Of a stretch of DNA of 64,000 nt, positions 20,267-29,143 are shown piece by piece. Position 1 is the stretch's first letter. Each line of letters starts with the position of its first letter. A model generated the notes under the pieces. It was given only the letters and a program-made list of their open reading frames with translations. It did no database searches and had not been told where the DNA came from. A program made the position numbers and the translations under genes. The DNA lies in NCBI GenBank assembly GCA_963815195.1, contig CAWFGE010000012.1, positions 640,001-704,000 on the forward strand, given 5' to 3'. Origin of the DNA: an uncultured Planctomycetaceae bacterium (lineage in GTDB: Bacteria > Planctomycetota > Planctomycetia > Planctomycetales > Planctomycetaceae).

Positions 20267-21952
20267 TCAAATCGGTTGCCGCCGCGTGAAGACGACGGCG
20301 AGGTCGTCCTCGTAATCCGTCTGCCAGGGGCCGTCGCGCTGGAGCTGCTCGATGGCGTCGGGGTGCATGGATTTGCTGAGCACGATCATGTTCACGCCGT
20401 ACACATCGAGAAGCTGCTCGTAGCCGACGCGGAGGTTCACGATATCAAAATAATGCCGCCACACCGTTTGGGGGATGTAATGCACATGCGAAGTCACGAA
20501 CACCGGCAATTCCTTCGGGCCGGCCCACACCAGATAATCGCCCCATTGGTAGCTGTTGAAAACCAGGCCGGGGGGCAACGTGTTTTCCTTGGCCCGTTTG
20601 TTGAGATAGTCCGTCACGCGGACGGGCGTCAGGTTTCCGACGGCTTTGGAGAAATTCGCCTCGTCGCCATGAAGAACCTTCTGGCCGAACGGAGCAAAGG
20701 CAAACGCGATCCACAACAGCCCCAAGCACGCGACGGTGTAGAGGCTGCTGCGGCGGGCCGGCTTGGGGGCGGGCTCTTGTTTCCGGTCATTTTTGAGGAC
20801 GGCATGGCCGTGGAGCACGAGCGAATACGCCGCGATCGGCGACCACCACACGAGAACGCGGGAGTAATAAAGCGCCATGCCGCCGAAGACGGTGAGCAAC
20901 AGAACCTCGGCACTTTTCACCCGCCGGGGCGACCAGCGGTAGAGAAACAACAGCACCAGCGCCGCAAAGGCCGTCGCGATGCCTTGGTTCATCCGCAACG
21001 TCAGCGGATCCCATTCCACCAGGTTCCGGAAGTTGGGGTTATTTGAAATCTCGAACACGGTGGCATAGATTCTGAGGCCATACGGGTTCAGCAAAACCGC
21101 CGCCGCCGAGAGTTCCAACAGCAGAAAATACCGCACCGTCCACGGATCCTTGATGACCGCCCCGATGCGGCGGGTCCGGCGTTCGATGTCGATGGCTCGA
21201 CCCGCGGCAAAACAGCCGAGCATCACGAGGCCCATCAGAAACGAGCCGTGCAGATTGACCCAGACCGCGAAGATCGCGGGAATCAGAATCCAATACGCTT
21301 TCCACCATCGGCGGGAGGTCAGGCACACGAACACCGCGATAAAGCACAACCAGCCGGCGAGCTGCGGGCGGATCAACGCCGCCGGATCGTAGACGCTGGG
21401 GGCATTGACGAACATCTGTTGCCAGGCCACGCCCGCAAACGCCGCCAATCCCAACACGGTGACCAAGGCATCGCCGGTGCGGTGATAAAACCGCCACGCC
21501 AAGAGTCCGAAGCAGAGAGTCAGCGAAGCCGCGTACAGAAACTGCAGGGCCGTCACGCCGAAGGCTTCGTAGCATTGGTAGCCGATGACCTGGCTGAGCC
21601 ACGCCGTGTCCACAAAGGGCACGCCCTGGGCGACCGGCAACAAAGGTTCGTTGTCCCACAGCGCATTTAAGCCCGACTGCGAGAGTTCCCGCCCATAAGC
21701 CAGATGCCCCCACAGATCCGTATGCCACAGCGGGCGGCGGCTTAGAAACCAAAACGCAGCCGACAACAGCGCCCAAATCGCGGCCGCGGTTTTCGAAATG
21801 CGGAACCAGGCCGGCATGCGATCTTCGAGCGCGCTCGCATCGGGCAGATCCCCGCGCGGGGCCTCTGTTTCCGTCGGAGCCTCTGTTTGCGTAGGCGTTT
21901 CCGTTTCAATCGGCGGCGGGGAATCCACAAACTCTCCCTCGGGGCGTTTCAA
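20267..21952 (-). CDS. Polytopic membrane protein, GT-C glycosyltransferase-like
   Basis: TDLWGHLAYGR, RPQL, WVNLHGSF, LLNPYG and FNSYQWGDYL motifs; start uncertain. Confidence 0.7.
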   Translation of the reverse strand: MKRPEGEFVDSPPPIETETPTQTEAPTETEAPRGDLPDASALEDRMPAWFRISKTAAAIWALLSAAFWFLSRRPLWHTDLWGHLAYGRELSQSGLNALWDNEPLLPVAQGVPFVDTAWLSQVIGYQCYEAFGVTALQFLYAASLTLCFGLLAWRFYHRTGDALVTVLGLAAFAGVAWQQMFVNAPSVYDPAALIRPQLAGWLCFIAVFVCLTSRRWWKAYWILIPAIFAVWVNLHGSFLMGLVMLGCFAAGRAIDIERRTRRIGAVIKDPWTVRYFLLLELSAAAVLLNPYGLRIYATVFEISNNPNFRNLVEWDPLTLRMNQGIATAFAALVLLFLYRWSPRRVKSAEVLLLTVFGGMALYYSRVLVWWSPIAAYSLVLHGHAVLKNDRKQEPAPKPARRSSLYTVACLGLLWIAFAFAPFGQKVLHGDEANFSKAVGNLTPVRVTDYLNKRAKENTLPPGLVFNSYQWGDYLVWAGPKELPVFVTSHVHYIPQTVWRHYFDIVNLRVGYEQLLDVYGVNMIVLSKSMHPDAIEQLQRDGPWQTDYEDDLAVVFTRRQPI

Positions 21953-22071
21953 GTCGAATGCGAAATCTCACACGTTCTAAATTAGGTTCAGGAGCCCGTG
22001 CGCGGAAAGGGGAATTTGTCCCCCTCGGCGTCTTCGGGCGAATTGAAAATGTTTTTCCGGATGTGTTGACT

Positions 22072-23253
22072 TTAACGAACCTCTGTCGCATGGCTTCGCG
22101 CCAACAGCGTTGCGAACTTTCGGCCCGTCGTGGAAAGCGGATAATCCGCAAAATCCCGCACCGAAACCCAGCGGACCCGCTGCTCATCTTGGGGAGCGCC
22201 CTTCCGAAACCGTCCCTGAAAACAAAGCAGATGAATGCGATAGCGGGTGACGCCGTGGCGAATCTCCGCGAGCAACTCGCCGATCTCCGATTCGATGCCC
22301 GTCAAGTCTTTGATCTGATCCTGCAAACGGATCCTGGCGGCCTGGTGTAATTTCTGCTCCAAGAGCCGGCCGGTTTTCTGTTTGGGCGCGGAAGAGTGGA
22401 TGACCTCCTCTTGGCTCAATTCAAAGCGGGGAAAATCCCATAACCCGGCCCAGCGTTCGCCCTCGCTTCGCCTTCGCAGCAGGTACGATTCCTTCCGCCG
22501 GACGGCGATGCTGGCTTCGGTCACATCGGTCAGCGGGACGCGCTCCGCCGGGCGGGGGATGAGCGCTTGCGTTCCCTCCGCATGGGCCCGGCATTCGCGG
22601 GAAACCGGGCACGCGGAGCAATCCGGATCCTTCGGCGTGCAAACCCGTGCGCCCAACTCCATCAAGGCCTGATTGAATCGGCCTGGCGACGCGCGGGGCA
22701 AGATGTCCTCGGCGAACTTCCATAACAATCGCTGCCCCGCCGCCGAGCGCGGATCGCCCGCGTAACCCAAGAGACGGGAATAAAGCCTGAGCGTGTTCGC
22801 TTCCAAAATCGGGGCTTTGGCATCAAAGGCGAACGAGGCAATCGCCCCCGCCGTGTACCGCCCGATGCCCGGCAGCTCTTGAAGCTCCGAAACCGCCGCC
22901 GGAAATTCCCCCTCGCGTTCCAGGGCCAATCGGCGGGCCGCCTTCCAGATGTTCCGGGCCCGCGAATAATATCCCAAGCCTTCCCAGAGCCTTAACACCT
23001 GATGCTCCTCGGCGTCGGCCAGCGATTGGAGGTCGGGGTATGCTTCAAAGAACCTCTCGTAATACGGCACGACCGCGGCCACGGTGGTCTGCTGCAGCAT
23101 GATCTCGCTGATCCAGATGCGGTAAGGATCGCGAGTCTCCCGCCAAGGCAGTTTCCGGGCGGACTCGCCGTACCAGGTTTTGAGCTTCCGCCGGAACCGC
23201 TGCCGGCGGTCGGGAGGGAATTCGTCGTGTTCGTTGTCAAAATCATCCGTCAT
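22072..23253 (-). CDS. mutY: A/G-specific adenine glycosylase
   Basis: WISEIMLQQT, WEGLGYYSRARN, LPGIGRYTAGAI, 4Fe-4S CX6CX2CX5C and NUDIX-like tail. Confidence 0.96.
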   Translation of the reverse strand: MTDDFDNEHDEFPPDRRQRFRRKLKTWYGESARKLPWRETRDPYRIWISEIMLQQTTVAAVVPYYERFFEAYPDLQSLADAEEHQVLRLWEGLGYYSRARNIWKAARRLALEREGEFPAAVSELQELPGIGRYTAGAIASFAFDAKAPILEANTLRLYSRLLGYAGDPRSAAGQRLLWKFAEDILPRASPGRFNQALMELGARVCTPKDPDCSACPVSRECRAHAEGTQALIPRPAERVPLTDVTEASIAVRRKESYLLRRRSEGERWAGLWDFPRFELSQEEVIHSSAPKQKTGRLLEQKLHQAARIRLQDQIKDLTGIESEIGELLAEIRHGVTRYRIHLLCFQGRFRKGAPQDEQRVRWVSVRDFADYPLSTTGRKFATLLARSHATEVR

Positions 23254-23632
23254 ACGTTGAGCAAAGCGAATCCGCCCCGGCCTGTCAATGCCGAGCGAAA
23301 CCCCGCCGATCTCAGTGTGTGTTTCACAAAAATACGTGGATAATCTTTCGCCCGATTTTCCAGTGGATTGGGTGGCACCCAAGTCCGTACCTACTTTGAT
23401 GAAACACACACCCGATCTCACGCATTACACAACCATCTTTCACAAAAGCATAATTTTGTGAACCATGATTTTTTTTGAATCCCAACCGCCCGGCAGGAAG
23501 CGCAAAAACCACGCCCACCAGAATGCCGCGAATCCTCCGTTGGCTCGGAATCTTTACCGGGCGAGGATATAGTAAAACGCAGTTTCGTATTTGCGAATTT
23601 CCATCGGCCCGTCTGCGAAAAGAGTTTTAGAT

Positions 23633-24922
23633 ATGCCCAAATCTCTGGCGATTGGTTTGACAGTTTGGTTTCTGCTCTCGGGAACGTCTTGTGCTCGCGC
23701 GGCCGAGGTTGCCGAATCAGGCAAGGCGGAGCCCATCAACGTAGCGCGGGCGGATTGGCCCTGGTGGCGCGGGCCGAACCGCAACGGCATCGCCGACCCC
23801 GCCCAGACCCCGCCGCTCAAATGGAGCGAAACCGAAAACGTGCTCTGGAAAGCCCCGCTGCCGGGCCGCGGGCACAGTTCGCCGATCGTCGTGGGCGATC
23901 AGGTGTTTCTGACCACGGCGGACGAAGACCGCGGCGTGCAGTCCGTGCTGTGCTTCGACCAGAGCACCGGGAAGCTCGCGTGGGAAGCGATCGTCCATCG
24001 CGGCGGGATGATGACCAAAGGCAACAAAAAAGCGTCGCAGGCGTCTTCGTCCGTCGCCTGTGACGGCAAGCGGGTGTTCGTGAACTTCCTCAATGACGGG
24101 GCCGTTTACACCACGGCTCTCGACCGCAAAGGCAACCAACTCTGGCAAACAAAGATCACGGATTACACCGTGCACCAAGGCTACGGATCGTCCCCGGCCG
24201 TCGTTGGGGCTTTGGTGATCGTCTCGGCGGACAACAAGGGCGGCGGAGCGATCGCCGGGTTGGACCGCCTGACGGGTAATGTCGTCTGGAAAACGTCCCG
24301 TCCCGAAAAACCGAATTACGCTTCGCCTGTGATCCTCAAAGCCGCCGGCCGCGAGCAGTTGGTGTTTACCGGTTGCGACATGGTCTCGAGCTTTGAACCC
24401 GCCACGGGAAAGAAGCTCTGGGAGATTGAAGGAGCGACCACCGAATGCGTGACCAGCACCGTCAGCGACGGCGGCCTGGTCTTCACCAGCGGCGGTTATC
24501 CCAAGAACCACGTCTCCGCGGTGAAAGCCGACGGCTCCGGCGAAGTGGTCTGGGAGAAAAACGTCCGCGTGTATGTGCCTTCGATGCTCGCCCGCGACGG
24601 CTATTTGTACGCGGTGACCGATCGCGGCGTCGCCACCTGCTGGAAAGCCGGCACCGGCGAAGATGTCTGGCAGCACCGCTTGGGCGGGACGTTCACCGCG
24701 TCTCCGGTCTTGGTCGGGGATCATCTGTTTGCCACCAACGAAGCCGGCACGACGTTTGTGCTCAAGCTCACCGAAACCGGCGCGGAAGACGTCGCCGAGA
24801 ACCAATTGGGCGACGAAGTCTATTCCACCCCCACCCTCTGCGGCAGCCGAATCTACATGCGGGTCGCGAAGCAAATCGACGGCAAACGGCAGGAAATGCT
24901 GTATTGCCTGGGGCAGAAGTAA
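23633..24922 (+). CDS. Secreted PQQ-like beta-propeller protein
   Basis: DWPWWRGP, LPGRGHSSP and repeated SP/W blade motifs. Confidence 0.88.
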   Translation: MPKSLAIGLTVWFLLSGTSCARAAEVAESGKAEPINVARADWPWWRGPNRNGIADPAQTPPLKWSETENVLWKAPLPGRGHSSPIVVGDQVFLTTADEDRGVQSVLCFDQSTGKLAWEAIVHRGGMMTKGNKKASQASSSVACDGKRVFVNFLNDGAVYTTALDRKGNQLWQTKITDYTVHQGYGSSPAVVGALVIVSADNKGGGAIAGLDRLTGNVVWKTSRPEKPNYASPVILKAAGREQLVFTGCDMVSSFEPATGKKLWEIEGATTECVTSTVSDGGLVFTSGGYPKNHVSAVKADGSGEVVWEKNVRVYVPSMLARDGYLYAVTDRGVATCWKAGTGEDVWQHRLGGTFTASPVLVGDHLFATNEAGTTFVLKLTETGAEDVAENQLGDEVYSTPTLCGSRIYMRVAKQIDGKRQEMLYCLGQK

Positions 24923-24954
24923 CGACTCGATTCCCCACGCGAAAACGTTTTAAC

Positions 24955-25011
24955 GAGCCGCGCACGAAGTCAGCGGTTGGTTCTTGCGTCCGCTGACTTC
25001 GTGCGCGGCTC
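24955..25011. repeat. REP-like 22-bp perfect inverted repeat
   Basis: GAGCCGCGCACGAAGTCAGCGG...CCGCTGACTTCGTGCGCGGCTC. Confidence 0.9.
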
Positions 25012-25046
25012 TTATTCCTCTTTAACCTCCCACAGTTCCTCCTCCG

Positions 25047-26159
25047 ATGACACAAACCATTTCCGCTGAGACTCTCCGCAACTTTACGAATCGAATCTTC
25101 CACGCCGCGGGATTTGCCGCGGACGATGCCGAGCGGGCCACGGATGTTTTGTTGTGGGCCAGTCTCCGCGGCGTGGATACGCACGGCATCCGCAACTTGA
25201 AGCGCTATTACATCGACAGTGCCGGCGGCGTGGGACGGAGAGACGGCGTGATCATTCCCGATGCTCCGCTGACGACCGAGCACGAATCCCCCACCACGGC
25301 GGCGTTCAACGCCCACGGGGGTTTGGGGTTGTCGGTTTCGGTGCGGGCGATGGAGTTCGCGATCGCCAAGGCGGGGGAACAAGGCGTCGCCGTGGTCACG
25401 GTCCGCAACTCGACGCACTTCGGGGCGGCGGGCTATTACGCCCAGATGGCCGCCGGCCGCGACATGCTCGGCTTTGCCTCGACCGGGTATTTCTTTCCGC
25501 ACGGGCAGGAAAAAGCCGTCGTCCCCTTCGGCGGGCTATTGCCAATGCTTTCCACGAATCCGCTGGCGATGGCGTGCCCTTCGCTGAGCTTCCCCTTTCT
25601 GATGGACCTGTCCACATCGACCGTCCCGGTCAACCGGGTGGAAATGCTCGAAGAACAAGGCAAGGCAATTCCGGCAAACTGGGCATTGGGTTCCGACCAT
25701 CGGCCCACGACCGACCCGCAGGCGGTTCAGAAAATGGTCCCGCTGGGCGGGGCGACGGAATACGGCGGACACAAAGGCTACGCGCTCGCCCTCGGCGGCT
25801 GGATTTTGACGGGGCTCTTGTCGGGAGCCTGGTGCGCAAACCCGGCGCCCGACCGGGTTTTGGGCAAAACCCCCGAAACGAAGCTGGGCTTCGCCCAGGA
25901 AGGCATCGGCCACATTTTCGCCGCGGTCCGGCTGGATCAGTTCGGCGATCCCGGCACGATCAAACGCGGATTGTCCGCGATGATGGAGGCCCTCAACGAG
26001 TCCCCGCCCGCCGAGGGCTTTGAACGGGTCCTGGTTCCGGGGCAAAAAGAAGCCGAGACCCTGGCCCGGAGAGCGCGCGAGGGCATTCCGCTGTCCGACG
26101 CGACGTGGGCCGACCTCCAGAGCCTCGCCGGGCAATTCGGTGTCCCGCTCGAGGCCTGA
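25047..26159 (+). CDS. Ldh_2 family (type 2 malate/L-lactate/sulfolactate dehydrogenase-like) oxidoreductase
   Basis: LRGVDTHG, NSTHFGAAGYY, STNPLA and GHKGYAL motifs. Confidence 0.9.
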   Translation: MTQTISAETLRNFTNRIFHAAGFAADDAERATDVLLWASLRGVDTHGIRNLKRYYIDSAGGVGRRDGVIIPDAPLTTEHESPTTAAFNAHGGLGLSVSVRAMEFAIAKAGEQGVAVVTVRNSTHFGAAGYYAQMAAGRDMLGFASTGYFFPHGQEKAVVPFGGLLPMLSTNPLAMACPSLSFPFLMDLSTSTVPVNRVEMLEEQGKAIPANWALGSDHRPTTDPQAVQKMVPLGGATEYGGHKGYALALGGWILTGLLSGAWCANPAPDRVLGKTPETKLGFAQEGIGHIFAAVRLDQFGDPGTIKRGLSAMMEALNESPPAEGFERVLVPGQKEAETLARRAREGIPLSDATWADLQSLAGQFGVPLEA

Positions 26160-26261
26160 CAGACGCCGCCGCGGCCAATCTCGTCTGGACCTAACGGGGG
26201 AATCCTTGTTTAATTCGGGCAAATCCCGAATGAATCCCCTCCCCGGCAAGGATGACCGACC

Positions 26262-28406
26262 GTGAATAGTTTCACCCGGCTTGTGCCCTACATCTGGCCG
26301 CATCGCAAAAGGCTGTTCCTCTCCACGCTGTTTGCGATCCTGGTCGCCATGCTGTGGAGCCTGAACCTCTCTGCGACCTTTCCGGTGGTCAAGGTGCTGA
26401 TGGAGCAGCAAAGCCTGCCGGATTACGTCGATCAGGAAATCGCCTCGGCCGACCGGGAAGTCGACGAACGTTCCGAGACGATCGAGCGGCTCGATCAGAA
26501 AATCGAAGAGGTCGAAGCCAAAGGCGGCACGTCTGACGACACGGTGGAACTCCTCAAAGAGCACGCCCGGCAGCAATCGAAGCTCTCGCGGGCCTCCCGC
26601 AAAGAACTGGTGATGAGTTGGCTCAAGTCCAACGTCATCCCCTGGATCCCGGAAGACAAGTTCGACATGCTGGCCCTTATCCTGGGCCTCGTGTTTGTTG
26701 CGACGATCCTGAAATCCATCTGCGTGTTCGTGCAGGAGGTGCTCATCGGCAGCGTGGTGCAGCTCACCGTGATGGACATCCGCAAAGCCTCGTTCCGCCG
26801 CACGCTGCAACTGGATTACCAGACGCTATCGATCAACGGCACCTCCGATTTGATGTCGCGGTTCACCTACGACATGAACGTGCTGGCCCAGGGCCTGACG
26901 CTGATGGGCGGCAAGGTCGTCCGCGAGCCGCTCAAGGCCTTGGGTTGTTTGACGTGCGCTTTCGTGGTCAACTGGCGGCTGACGCTTCTGTCGATGCTGT
27001 TTGTCCCGCTGGTCGCCTTGGCGTTTTATCGCATCGGGCGGCTGCTCAAAGTCGCCAGCAAACGCCTGATGGAAAGCATGTCCCGCTTGTATAAAACGCT
27101 TGAGGAAACGTTCGACGCCGCGAAAATCGTGATCGCTTTCAACGGGGCGCACCGGCATCGGGCGAGATTTCACCGCGAGAACAAAGAGTTCTACGCGAAG
27201 GCGATGAAGCTCGTGAGGATCGATTCGCTCACCAGCCCCATGACGGAAATCCTGGGCGTTCTCGCCGTGCAGGTGGCCCTGCTTCCGGGGGCGTACCTGG
27301 TGCTTCGCGAAACGACCACGATTTGGGGCATTGCCCTGTCCACGAACAAAATGGACATGGCCCAGCTTTCGCTGTTGTATGTGCTCCTGGCGGGAACCAT
27401 CGACCCGGCCCGCAAACTTTCGACCACGTATGCCAAGCTCAAACGCTCGATGGCGGCCGCGGATCGGGTGTTCGGGCTGATCGATGCCAAGAGCCTCGTC
27501 AAAGAACCCGCCGAACCCCTCACGGCCCCCTGGCATAACAAATCGATCGAGTTCCGCGATGTGCGGTTTACCTATGCCCAATCCGTCGACGACAACACCC
27601 CCCGCCCGCCCGTTTTGGAAAACGTGCGCCTGGCGATCGAAGCGGGCGAAGTGATCGTGGTCGTGGGCGAGAACGGCTCCGGCAAGTCCACGCTCGTTAA
27701 TCTGCTGCCCCGGTATTACGATCCGGAACAAGGCGCGGTGTTGATCGACGGCATCGACGTTCGCGACATTCGCCTCAAGGACCTGCGGGCCCAGATCGGC
27801 GTCGTCACGCAGGAAACGCTGCTGTTCGATGAGACCATCTACGAAAACATCCGCTACGGAAAACCCGACGCGTCGGCCGAGCAAATCGAAGACGCCGCCC
27901 GGCGGGCGCACGTGACCGCGTTTTTGAAATCGCTGCCCGACGGCATTCAAACCCGCGTGGGCGACAAAGGCGGCCGGCTCTCGGGCGGGCAGCGGCAGCG
28001 CATCGCCTTGGCGCGGGCGATCCTCCGCGATCCCCCGATTCTGATTCTGGACGAAGCCACGTCGGCGATCGACGCCCAAAGCGAACGGCTGATCCATCAG
28101 ACCCTGCGGGAGTTCGCCCACGGCCGCACCGTGTTCATGATTACCCACGCCGTCCGCCAAAGCATTTTGGACTTCGTGGACCGGATCGTGGTCATGCAGG
28201 AGGGCCGACTGATCGCCGCCGGCCCGCACGAGATGCTCATGGAAGTCTGCCCGGCGTATCGCCGATTGTACCGGGCCCAGCTTCATCAGCCGGGACACAG
28301 CGAAGCCGCCGCAGCCGACCCCGGGATTCTTCCGCTCCGCCGCATCGAGCACGGCTCAAAGCCATCGGAATCCCAACCGAACCGCCCCACGGGATCGGAC
28401 GGGTAG
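26262..28406 (+). CDS. ABC exporter, fused TMD-NBD (MsbA-like)
   Basis: GENGSGKST, LSGGQRQR and ILILDEAT motifs; N-terminal TM domain. Confidence 0.93.
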   Translation: MNSFTRLVPYIWPHRKRLFLSTLFAILVAMLWSLNLSATFPVVKVLMEQQSLPDYVDQEIASADREVDERSETIERLDQKIEEVEAKGGTSDDTVELLKEHARQQSKLSRASRKELVMSWLKSNVIPWIPEDKFDMLALILGLVFVATILKSICVFVQEVLIGSVVQLTVMDIRKASFRRTLQLDYQTLSINGTSDLMSRFTYDMNVLAQGLTLMGGKVVREPLKALGCLTCAFVVNWRLTLLSMLFVPLVALAFYRIGRLLKVASKRLMESMSRLYKTLEETFDAAKIVIAFNGAHRHRARFHRENKEFYAKAMKLVRIDSLTSPMTEILGVLAVQVALLPGAYLVLRETTTIWGIALSTNKMDMAQLSLLYVLLAGTIDPARKLSTTYAKLKRSMAAADRVFGLIDAKSLVKEPAEPLTAPWHNKSIEFRDVRFTYAQSVDDNTPRPPVLENVRLAIEAGEVIVVVGENGSGKSTLVNLLPRYYDPEQGAVLIDGIDVRDIRLKDLRAQIGVVTQETLLFDETIYENIRYGKPDASAEQIEDAARRAHVTAFLKSLPDGIQTRVGDKGGRLSGGQRQRIALARAILRDPPILILDEATSAIDAQSERLIHQTLREFAHGRTVFMITHAVRQSILDFVDRIVVMQEGRLIAAGPHEMLMEVCPAYRRLYRAQLHQPGHSEAAAADPGILPLRRIEHGSKPSESQPNRPTGSDG

Positions 28407-28682
28407 GTCTCGTCGAGAGGCCTTAATGCCAAGACCGCCCAGGCAAGACGAGGCCGCAAAGAGTTTTCACGCTGGGCTTCCTTGCCGGTTTTCAAGCGAA
28501 TCCCGTCGGATGGGAACGCGCCGCATTTCCGGGTGGGAATCCTTCGGGCAGAGCAATTCGTCGAGGGATGATCTCATCATCAACCCGGATGACGAGTTCC
28601 GCATCTCCCGGCGGAATCTGTTGGGGAGTTTTGAGGATCATGAACTCCGGGGCCGCCTGGACCACCCAAGACAGTATTCTAA

Positions 28683-28793
28683 GGACCGCCAAGAAAACAA
28701 CTTCAGTTTTTGAACCATTTAACAAAACCAGGGGGCTTACGCCCCCCGCTCGCCTGTTGATCCCAAATGCTGAAGTTATATTCTTCGCGATCC
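28683..28793 (+). mobile_element. 111-bp MITE, copy A
   Basis: 24-bp imperfect TIRs (20/24), flanked by TAA/TAA; identical to the reverse complement of 34289-34399. Confidence 0.88.
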
Positions 28794-29143
28794 TAAAAGT
28801 CTTCCGGCGCGAATATCTTTTTCAAAACGAGCGATGTGCATCAGGGGAATATCCGCTTTCCCCGAACCGCGGATAACGCCGATTTTCGCCGATAACCGAG
28901 GGAGCAACGATTCAAATGGCTTTCGCCATTTACCGAGGGTGAAATCCGTCTTTTATCAGCGCTCTCCGCGTGATCGGCGGATTGAATCCATTCCCAACGA
29001 GGCGGTCCACTTGCGACAGGGGCTCGCGACGAAGCCCGAGCAAAAAAACGTAACTCTTCAGCCGAATGAAGGCGGAACGGAAGGCCGGCCGCACTCGACT
29101 GACGAGTTACGCGATTCTTATATTTCGCCGTGAAACCGGCCGC

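Noticed and set aside
26826..28352. Long antisense ORFs (also e.g. 42647-44326, 49002-50261, 60827-62005)
   Set aside because: Shadow frames of real high-GC genes, with no protein motifs
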